Part shown: positions 19,864-28,581 of the stretch, piece by piece
Position numbering within the stretch: position 1 is the first letter of the stretch
Layout of the letters: each line of letters begins with the position of its first letter
Origin: an uncultured Bacilli bacterium
GTDB taxonomy: Bacteria > Bacillota_I > Bacilli_A > RF39 > UBA660
Assembly (NCBI GenBank): GCA_947628535.1
Contig: CANRAF010000004.1
Location: 8,566-72,565, forward strand
DNA length: 64,000 bases
Reading direction: 5' to 3'
Translations under genes and position numbers: made by a program
Notes under the pieces: model-generated
What the model saw: the letters and a program-made list of their open reading frames with translations, nothing else
The model's database searches: none
Told to the model about the DNA's origin: nothing

Positions 19864-20991
19864 TTATTTTTCTTTCATTTTCTTAATAATGTAATCAGTT
19901 ATTAATTCAGTTGATTTACCAAGTTTTTTTGGTAAATATTTTTTTCTAAATTCTTGATAAGCTTTATTATCATAATTGTTCTTTCTTATTATTTCAATTA
20001 AATCTTTAACTCTTTTTGAAGAACATGTTGGAAGCACTTTATAAGCATCTAAGTTTATTCCATTATCTTTCATATATTTATCATAATCATATACGTAGAA
20101 TAACACTTTTTTATTTAAAATAGCAGCCTCTAAACAAATAGATGAGTAATCAGTTATTACGTAATCTGCTACTGTTAAAAGTTCAGTAGATTTAAATTCT
20201 GGGCATTCATATGCTTTACTTTTACTAATATCTATTTTTTGATTAGGATGCCCTCTTACTATTAAAATAAAATCTTCCTTTTCACATTCTTTAAGAAGTT
20301 TTTTAGGACCATCTACTTCATATGTTCTAAATGTTGGAGCGTAATAAACTATTTTTTTGTTTTTAAATTCAGGATATTTTTTATAAATTTCTTTTTTTAG
20401 ATTTTTTTCATTATCTAAAAGATAGTCTATCCTTGGAAGACCAAAATGTAATAAAATATCTTTTTTTACATTAAAGCCAGCCTCATAAAATTCATCAAAG
20501 GACTCTCCTCCTGCTAATATAGCATCATAGTTTTTATGCATACACATAAGATTAGCCATTTGTTTGCTTCTGCCAGATGTAGTATCTAAACTTTGATATC
20601 CTGACTTTTTAATTTTACCAATTGAATGCCATATTTGCAAGACAAATAGTGATTTTTTATGTTTTAGTATACATACTGGTATGCAATAGGAATCTATTAT
20701 AGCAATTTTTGAAGTTGCTAAATGATACATTTGTTTTAAAGTTAGAAAAAAGAATTTAATACTATTAATTATACCTTTTTTCATTCTTCTGCAGATAAAA
20801 ACCATTTTTATATTTTTATCCTTTTTTTCTAAACTTTCCTTTATTAAACGAAAATCAACGTTTATTTCATCAGTTTGTCTACTTATAAATACTACTTTTT
20901 TATTATTAGTAGGTAAAAGTTTTAAAAAGAAATATATTATTTTTAAAACGGCTTTAAATATGTGAATTAACAATACTTTCATAGTTATCAC
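19864..20991 (-). CDS. CDP-glycerol glycerophosphotransferase (TagB/TagF family).
   Basis: C-terminal half carries YYAPTFR, RGHPNQ, and ITDYSSICLEAAILNKKVLFYVYDYDKY, which are characteristic of the TagF-family catalytic domain. Confidence 0.8.
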   Translation of the reverse strand: MITMKVLLIHIFKAVLKIIYFFLKLLPTNNKKVVFISRQTDEINVDFRLIKESLEKKDKNIKMVFICRRMKKGIINSIKFFFLTLKQMYHLATSKIAIIDSYCIPVCILKHKKSLFVLQIWHSIGKIKKSGYQSLDTTSGRSKQMANLMCMHKNYDAILAGGESFDEFYEAGFNVKKDILLHFGLPRIDYLLDNEKNLKKEIYKKYPEFKNKKIVYYAPTFRTYEVDGPKKLLKECEKEDFILIVRGHPNQKIDISKSKAYECPEFKSTELLTVADYVITDYSSICLEAAILNKKVLFYVYDYDKYMKDNGINLDAYKVLPTCSSKRVKDLIEIIRKNNYDNKAYQEFRKKYLPKKLGKSTELITDYIIKKMKEK

Positions 20992-21041
20992 CTCATTAAC
21001 TATTAATAGTTTAATGCATTATTTTAGTGTTTTAAAATAAG

Positions 21042-22091
21042 TTATTTTATAATTTTTTCTTTTCTGTAAAAATCTCCTAAAACGTTATTTCTTTGCCCTC
21101 CAAAAACTTGGATTATATTTACTCCTGATGAATTATTTGCTTCAATTACATATATATCATCATCAGTTGGTAAAACATCCCAGGCTACAAATTTAAATTC
21201 AGGAAGATTTTCAGCAAGTTTAATCATTTTGTTTTTTATTTGATTCCAGTTTGGAACTTTTACTCCTTCTATTTTTTTATTGGAATCAGGATGTTTTGAA
21301 TATTCTTTTTTATTTTGAATTGATTTTGCTTTACTTAATATTCCTGTTTCTAAATCAATTTTTGCAACTAATCCACCTTTACTTCCATTATCCACTGGGA
21401 TAGTTTTTTTACATCCTATTCGCTGAACTGCAAAAGGTATTTTTATATCACCTTCATCTCTTATGGTTATAATGCGAATTGTATTTGATGCTTTGTTATA
21501 TATATTATCTAAATATTTTGCTTGCCTTATGCAAGTAGAAATAAAGTAATTATCATTTTCACTTAATATTTTTTTTATTTCTACTTCAGCCAACTTTTCA
21601 AAATTAACTGAAAATTCATTATTTGAAAAATCAATTCTGAATACCCCAATTCCTTTTCCTACAGAAATTGGTTTAAAAAATGTGCTCTTTTCTTTTTTTA
21701 ATAAGCTTATTGCTTCATCAATTGTTGTCTCTTTATCGTCTTTATTTCTTATAACACCTTTTTCGCATTTTATTATAGTTTTTGGAGTTTTTATAAATTT
21801 TTCAATCATTTTCTCACAAATTAATTTGTTATTTAACATATATGAATTTGGATAATTTATCTTTCTAGATTTATACCAGTCAAACTCTGATAAATACTCT
21901 TTTTGAGTTTGTTTATTTAAATCATACAATGCAATTTGATCGGCTGTAAAACCTCCATTAAAGGCATAATACAAACGTTTATTAAGTGGTACTTTGAAAT
22001 GTTTCTTAGAAAATAATATTCTTACTATAAAAACAGGGATAAGCCAAAGAAATCTTTTTATTTTAAAAATAATTAATCTTATTTTTTTCAC
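21042..22091 (-). CDS. ATP-grasp_ST amidoligase paralogue B (349 aa).
   Basis: KPISVGKGIGVFRID, NTIRIITIRDEGDIKIPFAVQRIGCKKTIPVDNGSKGGLVAKIDLETG, HPDSNKKIEGVKVPNWNQI, VAWDVLPTDDDIYVIEAN. Confidence 0.65.
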   Translation of the reverse strand: MKKIRLIIFKIKRFLWLIPVFIVRILFSKKHFKVPLNKRLYYAFNGGFTADQIALYDLNKQTQKEYLSEFDWYKSRKINYPNSYMLNNKLICEKMIEKFIKTPKTIIKCEKGVIRNKDDKETTIDEAISLLKKEKSTFFKPISVGKGIGVFRIDFSNNEFSVNFEKLAEVEIKKILSENDNYFISTCIRQAKYLDNIYNKASNTIRIITIRDEGDIKIPFAVQRIGCKKTIPVDNGSKGGLVAKIDLETGILSKAKSIQNKKEYSKHPDSNKKIEGVKVPNWNQIKNKMIKLAENLPEFKFVAWDVLPTDDDIYVIEANNSSGVNIIQVFGGQRNNVLGDFYRKEKIIK

Positions 22092-22100
22092 TGTATCACC

Positions 22101-23285
22101 TTACCATTTTAATATTTTAGCTAGGTGCATTACAATAAATCTAGAATAGTTTGCATTTTTTATTTTTCTTTTTAATCTTCTAAATTTTCTAACTATTATA
22201 TTACTACCTTCGAAAACTAATTTTTCGTCTAATCCATCAAAATGATATTTTTGAATTAAATCATCAAATGAAACTAAATTTTCACATTTTGCTTTTTCTA
22301 TTATTAGATTACTTATAGAAAACTGTCTTCTATATTCTTTTAATCTCGTTCTATTTTCTTTAATTTGTGATAATCTTCCTGCTTCTTTTTTCCATTCTTT
22401 TTTCCAAGTTTTTTTAATATCTTTAAAGTGATTGTTTATTGTCGCTACTTTTATTTTTTCTTCGTCTCGTACTATTTTTATTGGAAGAGAATCAAAAGAA
22501 TAATCATCTTTTGTAAATGTAATACTTAGACACATTCCTTCATCTGTCCCCTTTTGTACACGTTGAAACTCTGTATCAAAAATGAAGTTTCCAAGAGAAT
22601 AAAATACAAGTTTTTTATTTATTCTTTCATATCCTTGTACTGTATGGGTATGATGGGCTACTATTACATCAACTCCCCAGGAAAGAAATTTTTTTATTTT
22701 CTTTTTTGTATATGGCATTGGGCTGTTTAAAAACTCTTCCCCACCATGATATACAAGTAAAACCCAATCGGTTTTTTCTTTTAATTCTTTTATTTTTCTT
22801 TTTAGTATTTTTTTATATTTTTCATGGGCTGGTCCCGGTGTTTCCATAGTTGCACTTACTGCATCTTTATATTGAAATGATAAAACTCCTACTTTAACAT
22901 CTTTACCAAGAATTAGATAATCCGTTGCTTCATCAATGTTTTTTCCAGCACCAATATATTTTACATTAGCTTTTTTAGTGTTTTCTAGGGTATCTAATAT
23001 ACCTCTTTCTCCATAATCTAACATGTGATTATTGGCAAATGAAAGTACTGGATTATTTATATACTTTTTAAGAAAACTTATTGTTTCAATATCACTTTTA
23101 TGGGCAAGAGCAGATTTTTTAGTTTTTGAAAAATCAGTTATTGGAGACTCAAAATTTAAAATATTATAGTCATTGCTATTTAAAAAATCATAGATTTTTC
23201 TATCAATATTTTTAGGATTTTTATACAAGTCTTTGGTAAATTCACTAAAAGCTATATCCCCTGTAAAACCAATTGTTGTTTTCAT
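22101..23285 (-). CDS. CapA/PgsA-family protein (capsule or poly-gamma-glutamate biosynthesis, metallophosphatase fold).
   Basis: N-terminus TIGFTGDIAFSEF, ...LSFANNHMLDYGERG..., HGGEEF, and VIVAHHTHTVQGYE are conserved CapA (PGA_cap) motifs. Confidence 0.8.
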   Translation of the reverse strand: MKTTIGFTGDIAFSEFTKDLYKNPKNIDRKIYDFLNSNDYNILNFESPITDFSKTKKSALAHKSDIETISFLKKYINNPVLSFANNHMLDYGERGILDTLENTKKANVKYIGAGKNIDEATDYLILGKDVKVGVLSFQYKDAVSATMETPGPAHEKYKKILKRKIKELKEKTDWVLLVYHGGEEFLNSPMPYTKKKIKKFLSWGVDVIVAHHTHTVQGYERINKKLVFYSLGNFIFDTEFQRVQKGTDEGMCLSITFTKDDYSFDSLPIKIVRDEEKIKVATINNHFKDIKKTWKKEWKKEAGRLSQIKENRTRLKEYRRQFSISNLIIEKAKCENLVSFDDLIQKYHFDGLDEKLVFEGSNIIVRKFRRLKRKIKNANYSRFIVMHLAKILKW

Positions 23286-24388
23286 TAACTATTCGCCTCC
23301 TCTTCTTCTTTTTGTTTTTCAATTAACTTATACATTTTATCGAAATATGATCTATATCCTTTTTTAGTAAATGTTTGAATAGTTACACATTGTGGTCTTG
23401 CATTTCCTTCTACTAAAACCCAGCCATCATTTGTTAAGGCAAGATCCCAACCAACACAGTGCATTTCAGAAAGCTCTGATGCCAAGCTTTTTACTGTTAC
23501 TAAAAGTTCATTCCATTTTGGAATTTGAAATCCTTTAAAAGTAATATTTGAATCAGGATGTACTTTTTCTTTATCACCTTTCCAGTCGAATCCATCACTT
23601 ATTATTTTTCCTGTTTCACTATCTATTAAGGCTCCAAGTCCTGAAGCACCCATATTATCTACACTACTTCCACCTTGGCCTGTTCTAATAAATGCCCAGA
23701 GAATGGATACATCTTCTTTATACTGAAATGTAACAACTCTGATTGTGTTAACTGAATTTTTATGAAAACAACCTAATTCATTTGATTGTTTAATCAATTC
23801 CTCAGCAACATAAGGAGCTTTTTCGATTGTATAGTTAAATAACTCTTTTTTATTTTTAAAATCTTTTACATTTATAATTTCTATTCCTTCGCCACTATGA
23901 CCTGAAAATGGTTTTAAAATAAATTTATCTTTATCTTTAATAAAATTGTTAAATATTTTTTCTTCTGTTTCATCTTTGATACATATTAAATCTCTTTTAT
24001 AGTATTTTTTAAATACTTTGTATGATAAATTTTTCTTATCTAAAACCTTTCTAAATTTTCTAGTATTAATAACTCTGTAATACTTATTAGTTAATTGTCT
24101 AGTTATATATGTGTCTCTTTTATCATATGGAACCTTTTCAAAATCAAATAAATAATATTCGCCTGCACGCAGAAAATATATATATCTATAAACAATAAGT
24201 TTCATATACATTTTTTTAAATTTTAATTTTTTTATATCTTCTCCTTCAAAGTTATATATTTCTGTTATAGTATCTTCTTTTATATTTTTGTATTTGCCAA
24301 ATATTATAAAACAAACTTTTAAAAATAAATAAATTAGTACAACAGACTTATTGTTTTTTTCATATATTTTTCTTAAAGTATTTCTCAT
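23285..24388 (-). CDS. ATP-grasp_ST amidoligase paralogue C (367 aa).
   Basis: KPFSGHSGEGIEIIN, NTIRVVTFQYKEDVSILWAFIRTGQGGSSVDNMGASGLGALIDSETGKI, HPDSNITFKGFQIPKWNEL, VGWDLALTNDGWVLVEGN. Confidence 0.7.
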   Translation of the reverse strand: MRNTLRKIYEKNNKSVVLIYLFLKVCFIIFGKYKNIKEDTITEIYNFEGEDIKKLKFKKMYMKLIVYRYIYFLRAGEYYLFDFEKVPYDKRDTYITRQLTNKYYRVINTRKFRKVLDKKNLSYKVFKKYYKRDLICIKDETEEKIFNNFIKDKDKFILKPFSGHSGEGIEIINVKDFKNKKELFNYTIEKAPYVAEELIKQSNELGCFHKNSVNTIRVVTFQYKEDVSILWAFIRTGQGGSSVDNMGASGLGALIDSETGKIISDGFDWKGDKEKVHPDSNITFKGFQIPKWNELLVTVKSLASELSEMHCVGWDLALTNDGWVLVEGNARPQCVTIQTFTKKGYRSYFDKMYKLIEKQKEEEEANS

Positions 24389-24471
24389 TTTTTCACTCCT
24401 TTTTAATTTTCTATATAATTATATCATGCATAATATAATTTATAAAGAAAATTAGTTTATAAACACTATAA

Positions 24472-26487
24472 TTATTTAATAGGTTCAAATTTTATTTTTT
24501 TATCTTTCGCATATTTATGCGCATAAGAGTTTTTGTTTCCTTTTATAACTACATTATTACTTTTATAAAAAGCATAATTACTTATTTTTTGTACTGAATC
24601 AGGTATTGTTATTTCTTTTAAATTCTTACATTTTGCAAATGAATATTTTCCTATAGTTAGAAGTCCATCAGGTAATTCAATTTCTTTTAAGTTTTTACAA
24701 GAATAAAATGCTTCTTTTCCAATTGCTTTTAAATTTTTATTAAAGTTTATTTTTTCAATTGTACTACCATAAAAACATCTTTTAAAAATACGAGCCAAAT
24801 CATTATTTAAAGTTATTTCTTTTATTACTTTATTATCTTTAAATATTTCTGCTCCAATTTTTTCTACTGGTAAATTATTTATTTCATTAGGTAGTGTTTC
24901 TTTTTCTTCAATTTGCTTTACTTTAGTTATAGTAATCCAAGTTTTATATTGATTAAATGAGTATTTTTTATCTTTTTTAACTTTATATTCCTTATGAGAT
25001 GTTGCAAGTTGTTCTCCAATAATTGTTCCGAATTGTTTGTCTATAATGGCTGCAAAATTCATACCATGAGATGCTTTAAATAGAATAATGTCATCTTTTT
25101 GCAAGTTTTTATTTAAAGCATTTACCAGTTCCTCTTTATCTTTACAATAGATAGAATTTTTCCTTTTTTTACTATATTCTTCATATGCATATTTCATTTT
25201 TTCTCCATTAAATATGATAAGGTCGATATTATGCTCCAAGAGAAGTTTTCCAACATCACGGTGGATTTGTTCAGAAATATTTCCAAGTTCAAAGATATCT
25301 CCAAGTACTGCTACTCTTCTTGCGCTTTCTTTTATTTCTATTAGCTCAAATGTTTTTAAAATATTTTTAATAGCATCATAAGATGAGTTATAACAATCTG
25401 CTAAAATTTTATATTCACCAACATTTATTAAGTTTTGTCTAACGCCTTTTGTTTTATATTTAGTAATACCTCTTATTATTTTTTCTTCACTAATATTTAA
25501 ATATTTTCCAATTATATAAGCAGTTAAAGCATTTAATATATGATGTTCTCCTATTACTTTTAATTCAACTGGAATTTCTTTGTTTTCAATACTATCTACT
25601 ATAATAAATCTTGTTCCTTTGCTAGTTACTTTAATATATTTAGCATAATAGTCTGCTTTTTTATTATTTAAGGAAAAAGATAGTCTTTTTTGAACAAATT
25701 TATGTTTTCTTAAAATATCATCATCATAATTAATAATTGCAAGTCCATCTTTTTTGCCATAATCTGAAAGAGTAAATTTTTCTTTTGCTATATTTTCTCT
25801 TGACCCATACCATTCAATATGTGAATCTTTTATATTAGTATAAACTGCAATATCAGCTTCGAGAAGAAGCGCAGATCTTTTTACAATATCATAGGCTCCA
25901 TTTCCAGCTCCTGCTTCTTGGAGTAATATTTTGTCATTATAATTTAATTTTTTTACATTTTCAGCAGCTTTGAATGCAGAATTACTATTACCAGCAGATG
26001 CCACCATTTTGTTTTTATATTCTTCTTTTAAGCATGCTTCTATCATATCTTTAGTTGAAGTTTTACCAATAGAACCTGTTACTGCAATTACTTTTGCTTT
26101 TGATTGGTTTCTTATATAGTTTAAAGTTTTTAGTCCTGCGGATACCGGATCTTTACATATTAAACATCTCGCATTTTCTATTTTTTCGGGTGTTACAACA
26201 AACATGGCATTTTTACTAATTTTTTCTTTCATTTTGTCAGTTAAATTAAGATATCTAAATGTATAATAAATACATCCTGGTTTTATATTTTTGTATGATA
26301 TAGTTGGTTCTTTTATTTTTTTTCTTTTTAAAGATTCATATTCTTTTGGCACTTCTATTCCAGTTATTTCAGAAATTTTCTCTAAAGTTAATCTTTTTTT
26401 ATTTGCAAAAATTACTTTAAAAAATAATCTTTCTATTTTTCTATAAATTATTGCCAATTTTCTTATTATTTTTTTCATTTTTTTCAC
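24472..26487 (-). CDS. Mur-ligase-family protein (MurF-like amide ligase) fused to C-terminal BspA-type leucine-rich repeats (LRR_5).
   Basis: Mur ligase P-loop VIAVTGSIGKTSTKDMIEA. MurF-like NIKDSHIEWYGSRENIAKEK. C-terminal 120 aa carry repeats of the pattern IGKEAFYSCKNLKEIELP / IGKYSFAKCKNLKEITIP. The start abuts the xseB stop (RBS GGTGA inside xseB). Confidence 0.7.
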   Translation of the reverse strand: MKKMKKIIRKLAIIYRKIERLFFKVIFANKKRLTLEKISEITGIEVPKEYESLKRKKIKEPTISYKNIKPGCIYYTFRYLNLTDKMKEKISKNAMFVVTPEKIENARCLICKDPVSAGLKTLNYIRNQSKAKVIAVTGSIGKTSTKDMIEACLKEEYKNKMVASAGNSNSAFKAAENVKKLNYNDKILLQEAGAGNGAYDIVKRSALLLEADIAVYTNIKDSHIEWYGSRENIAKEKFTLSDYGKKDGLAIINYDDDILRKHKFVQKRLSFSLNNKKADYYAKYIKVTSKGTRFIIVDSIENKEIPVELKVIGEHHILNALTAYIIGKYLNISEEKIIRGITKYKTKGVRQNLINVGEYKILADCYNSSYDAIKNILKTFELIEIKESARRVAVLGDIFELGNISEQIHRDVGKLLLEHNIDLIIFNGEKMKYAYEEYSKKRKNSIYCKDKEELVNALNKNLQKDDIILFKASHGMNFAAIIDKQFGTIIGEQLATSHKEYKVKKDKKYSFNQYKTWITITKVKQIEEKETLPNEINNLPVEKIGAEIFKDNKVIKEITLNNDLARIFKRCFYGSTIEKINFNKNLKAIGKEAFYSCKNLKEIELPDGLLTIGKYSFAKCKNLKEITIPDSVQKISNYAFYKSNNVVIKGNKNSYAHKYAKDKKIKFEPIK

Positions 26488-26715
26488 CTATTCATCAATT
26501 TTAAAATCTTCTAAAGTATTGTCTTTATTTAGAGATTTAGTAATAGTTTCATTTGCATCTTCTAAAATTTTATTACATTTGTTTGCTAGAACCATTCCTT
26601 CGTTAAATTTTTCTATAGCATCATCTAAAGGAATGTCCCCATTTTCGAGTTTGGTTACAATATTTTCTAACTCTTCTAAATTTTCTTCAAAACTTTTTTC
26701 TTTTTTAGTTTCCAT
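26488..26715 (-). CDS. xseB: Exodeoxyribonuclease VII small subunit.
   Basis: 75 aa. FEENLEELENIVTKLENGDIPLDDAIEKFNEGMVLANKC is the canonical XseB sequence. Overlaps xseA. Confidence 0.9.
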   Translation of the reverse strand: METKKEKSFEENLEELENIVTKLENGDIPLDDAIEKFNEGMVLANKCNKILEDANETITKSLNKDNTLEDFKIDE

Positions 26716-27916
26716 CTTTTACCTCCATTACCTTTGAAATAATTTTTCCGTTTTCTAAACTTGTTTCAAGTATCATTTCTTTTTTTACATTTTTAACACT
26801 ATTTAAAACTTTTCCATTAAATCTAGTTATAGTATAACCTCTTTTTAATGTTTTTACAGGATTTAAGGCTTCTAGTTTATCTAAGACTGATGTGAATCTA
26901 AAACACTTTGCCTCAAAAAGGTTATTTATAATAAGTGAAAGTTTATCTATTTGAGTATCTAATTTTTGAGCTTTAACTTCATACATACTTTCGGGATTTT
27001 TAAAAATGTATGAATTAAGTAATTTTTTAAGTTTAGTTTTAGATAGATCTAATTTATTTAATACTTCTCTTCCTAAACGAATTTCAAGCTGTTTGATATT
27101 ATTTATTAAATCAATAGTATTTGGGACCGCAAGCTCTGCGGCTGCTGTTGGAGTTGGTGCACGAAGGTCAGATACAAAATCACTAATCGTAAAATCTATT
27201 TCATGCCCTACTGCACTTATAATTGGCGTTTTCATTTTAAATATTTGCTCTGCTACTATTTCTTCGTTAAAGGCCCATAAATCTTCGATTGAGCCTCCTC
27301 CTCTTCCAAGAATAATTACATCTAAATCAAGATCTTCTGCTCTTTGTAAATTTAAAACAATATCAGCTCCTGCTTTTTCTCCTTGAACAAGAGTTGGAAT
27401 TAATATTACTTCTGCGAGACGATAACGTCTATTTATTGTTGTAATTATATCTCTTATAGCAGCTCCTGTTGATGCTGTTATAACCCCTATTCGTTTTGGA
27501 AAACGTGGTATTGGTTTTTTATATTTTTCATCGAAATAGCCTTTCTCACCAAGTTTTTTCTTTAACTTTTCAAATTCAACATAGAGATTCCCAATACCAT
27601 CTTCTATCATTTCTTCAACATAGATTTGGTAGTTGCCATTTGCTTCGTAACAACTTATTCTCCCGACTACTAAAACGTTCATTCCATCTGTAGGTGTAAA
27701 ATTTATTTTTTGTGCCTCTCTTTTAAACATAACTGCAGAAATTCTAGATGTTTCATCTTTTAAAGTAAAATAAAAGTGCCCAGAAGTGTGATTTTTAAAG
27801 TTACTTATTTCTCCTCTTAAATAAACAACTCTTAAATTTTCGTCATTATCTATTTTATATTTTATATAGCGATTTATTTGGGTTACCGTTAGATATTTAT
27901 CATTCATGTTTTTCAC
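26705..27916 (-). CDS. xseA: Exodeoxyribonuclease VII large subunit.
   Basis: N-terminal OB fold (LRGEISNFKNHTSGHFYFTLKD), catalytic domain, C-terminal coiled-coil. 403 aa. Confidence 0.9.
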   Translation of the reverse strand: MKNMNDKYLTVTQINRYIKYKIDNDENLRVVYLRGEISNFKNHTSGHFYFTLKDETSRISAVMFKREAQKINFTPTDGMNVLVVGRISCYEANGNYQIYVEEMIEDGIGNLYVEFEKLKKKLGEKGYFDEKYKKPIPRFPKRIGVITASTGAAIRDIITTINRRYRLAEVILIPTLVQGEKAGADIVLNLQRAEDLDLDVIILGRGGGSIEDLWAFNEEIVAEQIFKMKTPIISAVGHEIDFTISDFVSDLRAPTPTAAAELAVPNTIDLINNIKQLEIRLGREVLNKLDLSKTKLKKLLNSYIFKNPESMYEVKAQKLDTQIDKLSLIINNLFEAKCFRFTSVLDKLEALNPVKTLKRGYTITRFNGKVLNSVKNVKKEMILETSLENGKIISKVMEVKDGN

Positions 27917-28301
27917 CTTTCATAATGCTATCTAACATCCCATTTATTAATTTTACTACTTTTTCATCACTATATTTTTTCGAAAGTTCTATTGCTTCAT
28001 TTATTGCAACAATATCTGGAGTATCAGTATAAAGAAGTTCATAAATAGCAAGTGAAATTATGGCCTTATCAACTTTACTTACTCTATCAATGCTCCAGTC
28101 TTTCATATATTTATTAGCTATACTGTTTAATTTTTCTTCACGCTTTATTACTTCTTTTATAGAAGTGGTTACAAATTCGTTTTCTGCCTCTAAATTTTCC
28201 TTAATAATATCTTTTAATTCATATGATAGGTTTTTTTCTTTATAAATATATACTTGATATAAAACTTTAATAATTATTTCTCTAAGGGCACTTCTATTCA
28301 T
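27900..28301 (-). CDS. nusB: Transcription antitermination factor NusB.
   Basis: 133 aa. NusB family helices (...AIISLAIYELLYTDTPDIVAINEAIELSKKY...). Overlaps the xseA start. Confidence 0.9.
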   Translation of the reverse strand: MNRSALREIIIKVLYQVYIYKEKNLSYELKDIIKENLEAENEFVTTSIKEVIKREEKLNSIANKYMKDWSIDRVSKVDKAIISLAIYELLYTDTPDIVAINEAIELSKKYSDEKVVKLINGMLDSIMKGEKHE

Positions 28302-28319
28302 AATAATTCCTCCTATTTA

Positions 28320-28348
28320 ATTATAAATGAAAAGGACTTTTTTGTAAA
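28320..28348 (-). promoter_or_regulatory. Sigma-A-type promoter for the nusB-xseAB operon.
   Basis: Minus strand reads TTTACA, a 17-nt spacer, then TATAAT. It ends about 18 nt upstream of the nusB ATG and sits just downstream of the sRNA terminator. Confidence 0.4.
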
Positions 28349-28349
28349 T

Positions 28350-28509
28350 AAAAAAGCCAGAGAATAAATAACGAAAACCTGTTTAAGTACAGGTGGTAAA
28401 TCACATAATGCTTTTAGGATTCTTAAAATAAAATTTTAAGCCTTCAACACGAGCATTAATTAGATCCCCTTATCGTTGCTTGTACGGTTTTAACTTAATA
28501 TTCTCTGAC
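28350..28509 (-). ncRNA. Candidate structured sRNA of about 160 nt with its own promoter and terminator. Family unknown (a 6S-like RNA is one possibility).
   Basis: Minus-strand transcript begins ...GUCAGAGAAUA and ends UAUUCUCUG-GC-UUUUUU, so the 5' and 3' ends form a perfect 9-bp closing helix followed by a U-run. Internal complementary segments (AAAACCGUAC with GUAC...GGUUUU; CCUGUACUUAAACAGG hairpin) are present. No ORF longer than 6 codons. Confidence 0.35.
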
Positions 28510-28515
28510 AATTAT

Positions 28516-28544
28516 ATTGTATCAAAATCTTTTTTTTATTTCAA
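28516..28544 (-). promoter_or_regulatory. Sigma-A-type promoter driving the candidate sRNA.
   Basis: Minus strand reads TTGAAA, a 17-nt spacer, then TACAAT. The predicted +1 falls at the start of the closing helix (about 28509). Confidence 0.4.
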
Positions 28545-28581
28545 TATTTTTACTACTTATTTTACAGATTAATTTACTAAT

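Noticed and set aside
28302-28350. GGACUUUUUU...AAAAAAGCC near the nusB RBS, considered as an attenuator or terminator hairpin.
   Set aside because: Pairing is poor (a three-G-C clamp with an A-G mismatch, A/U-only remainder). The region is better explained as the -35/-10 promoter (TTTACA-17-TATAAT) for nusB.
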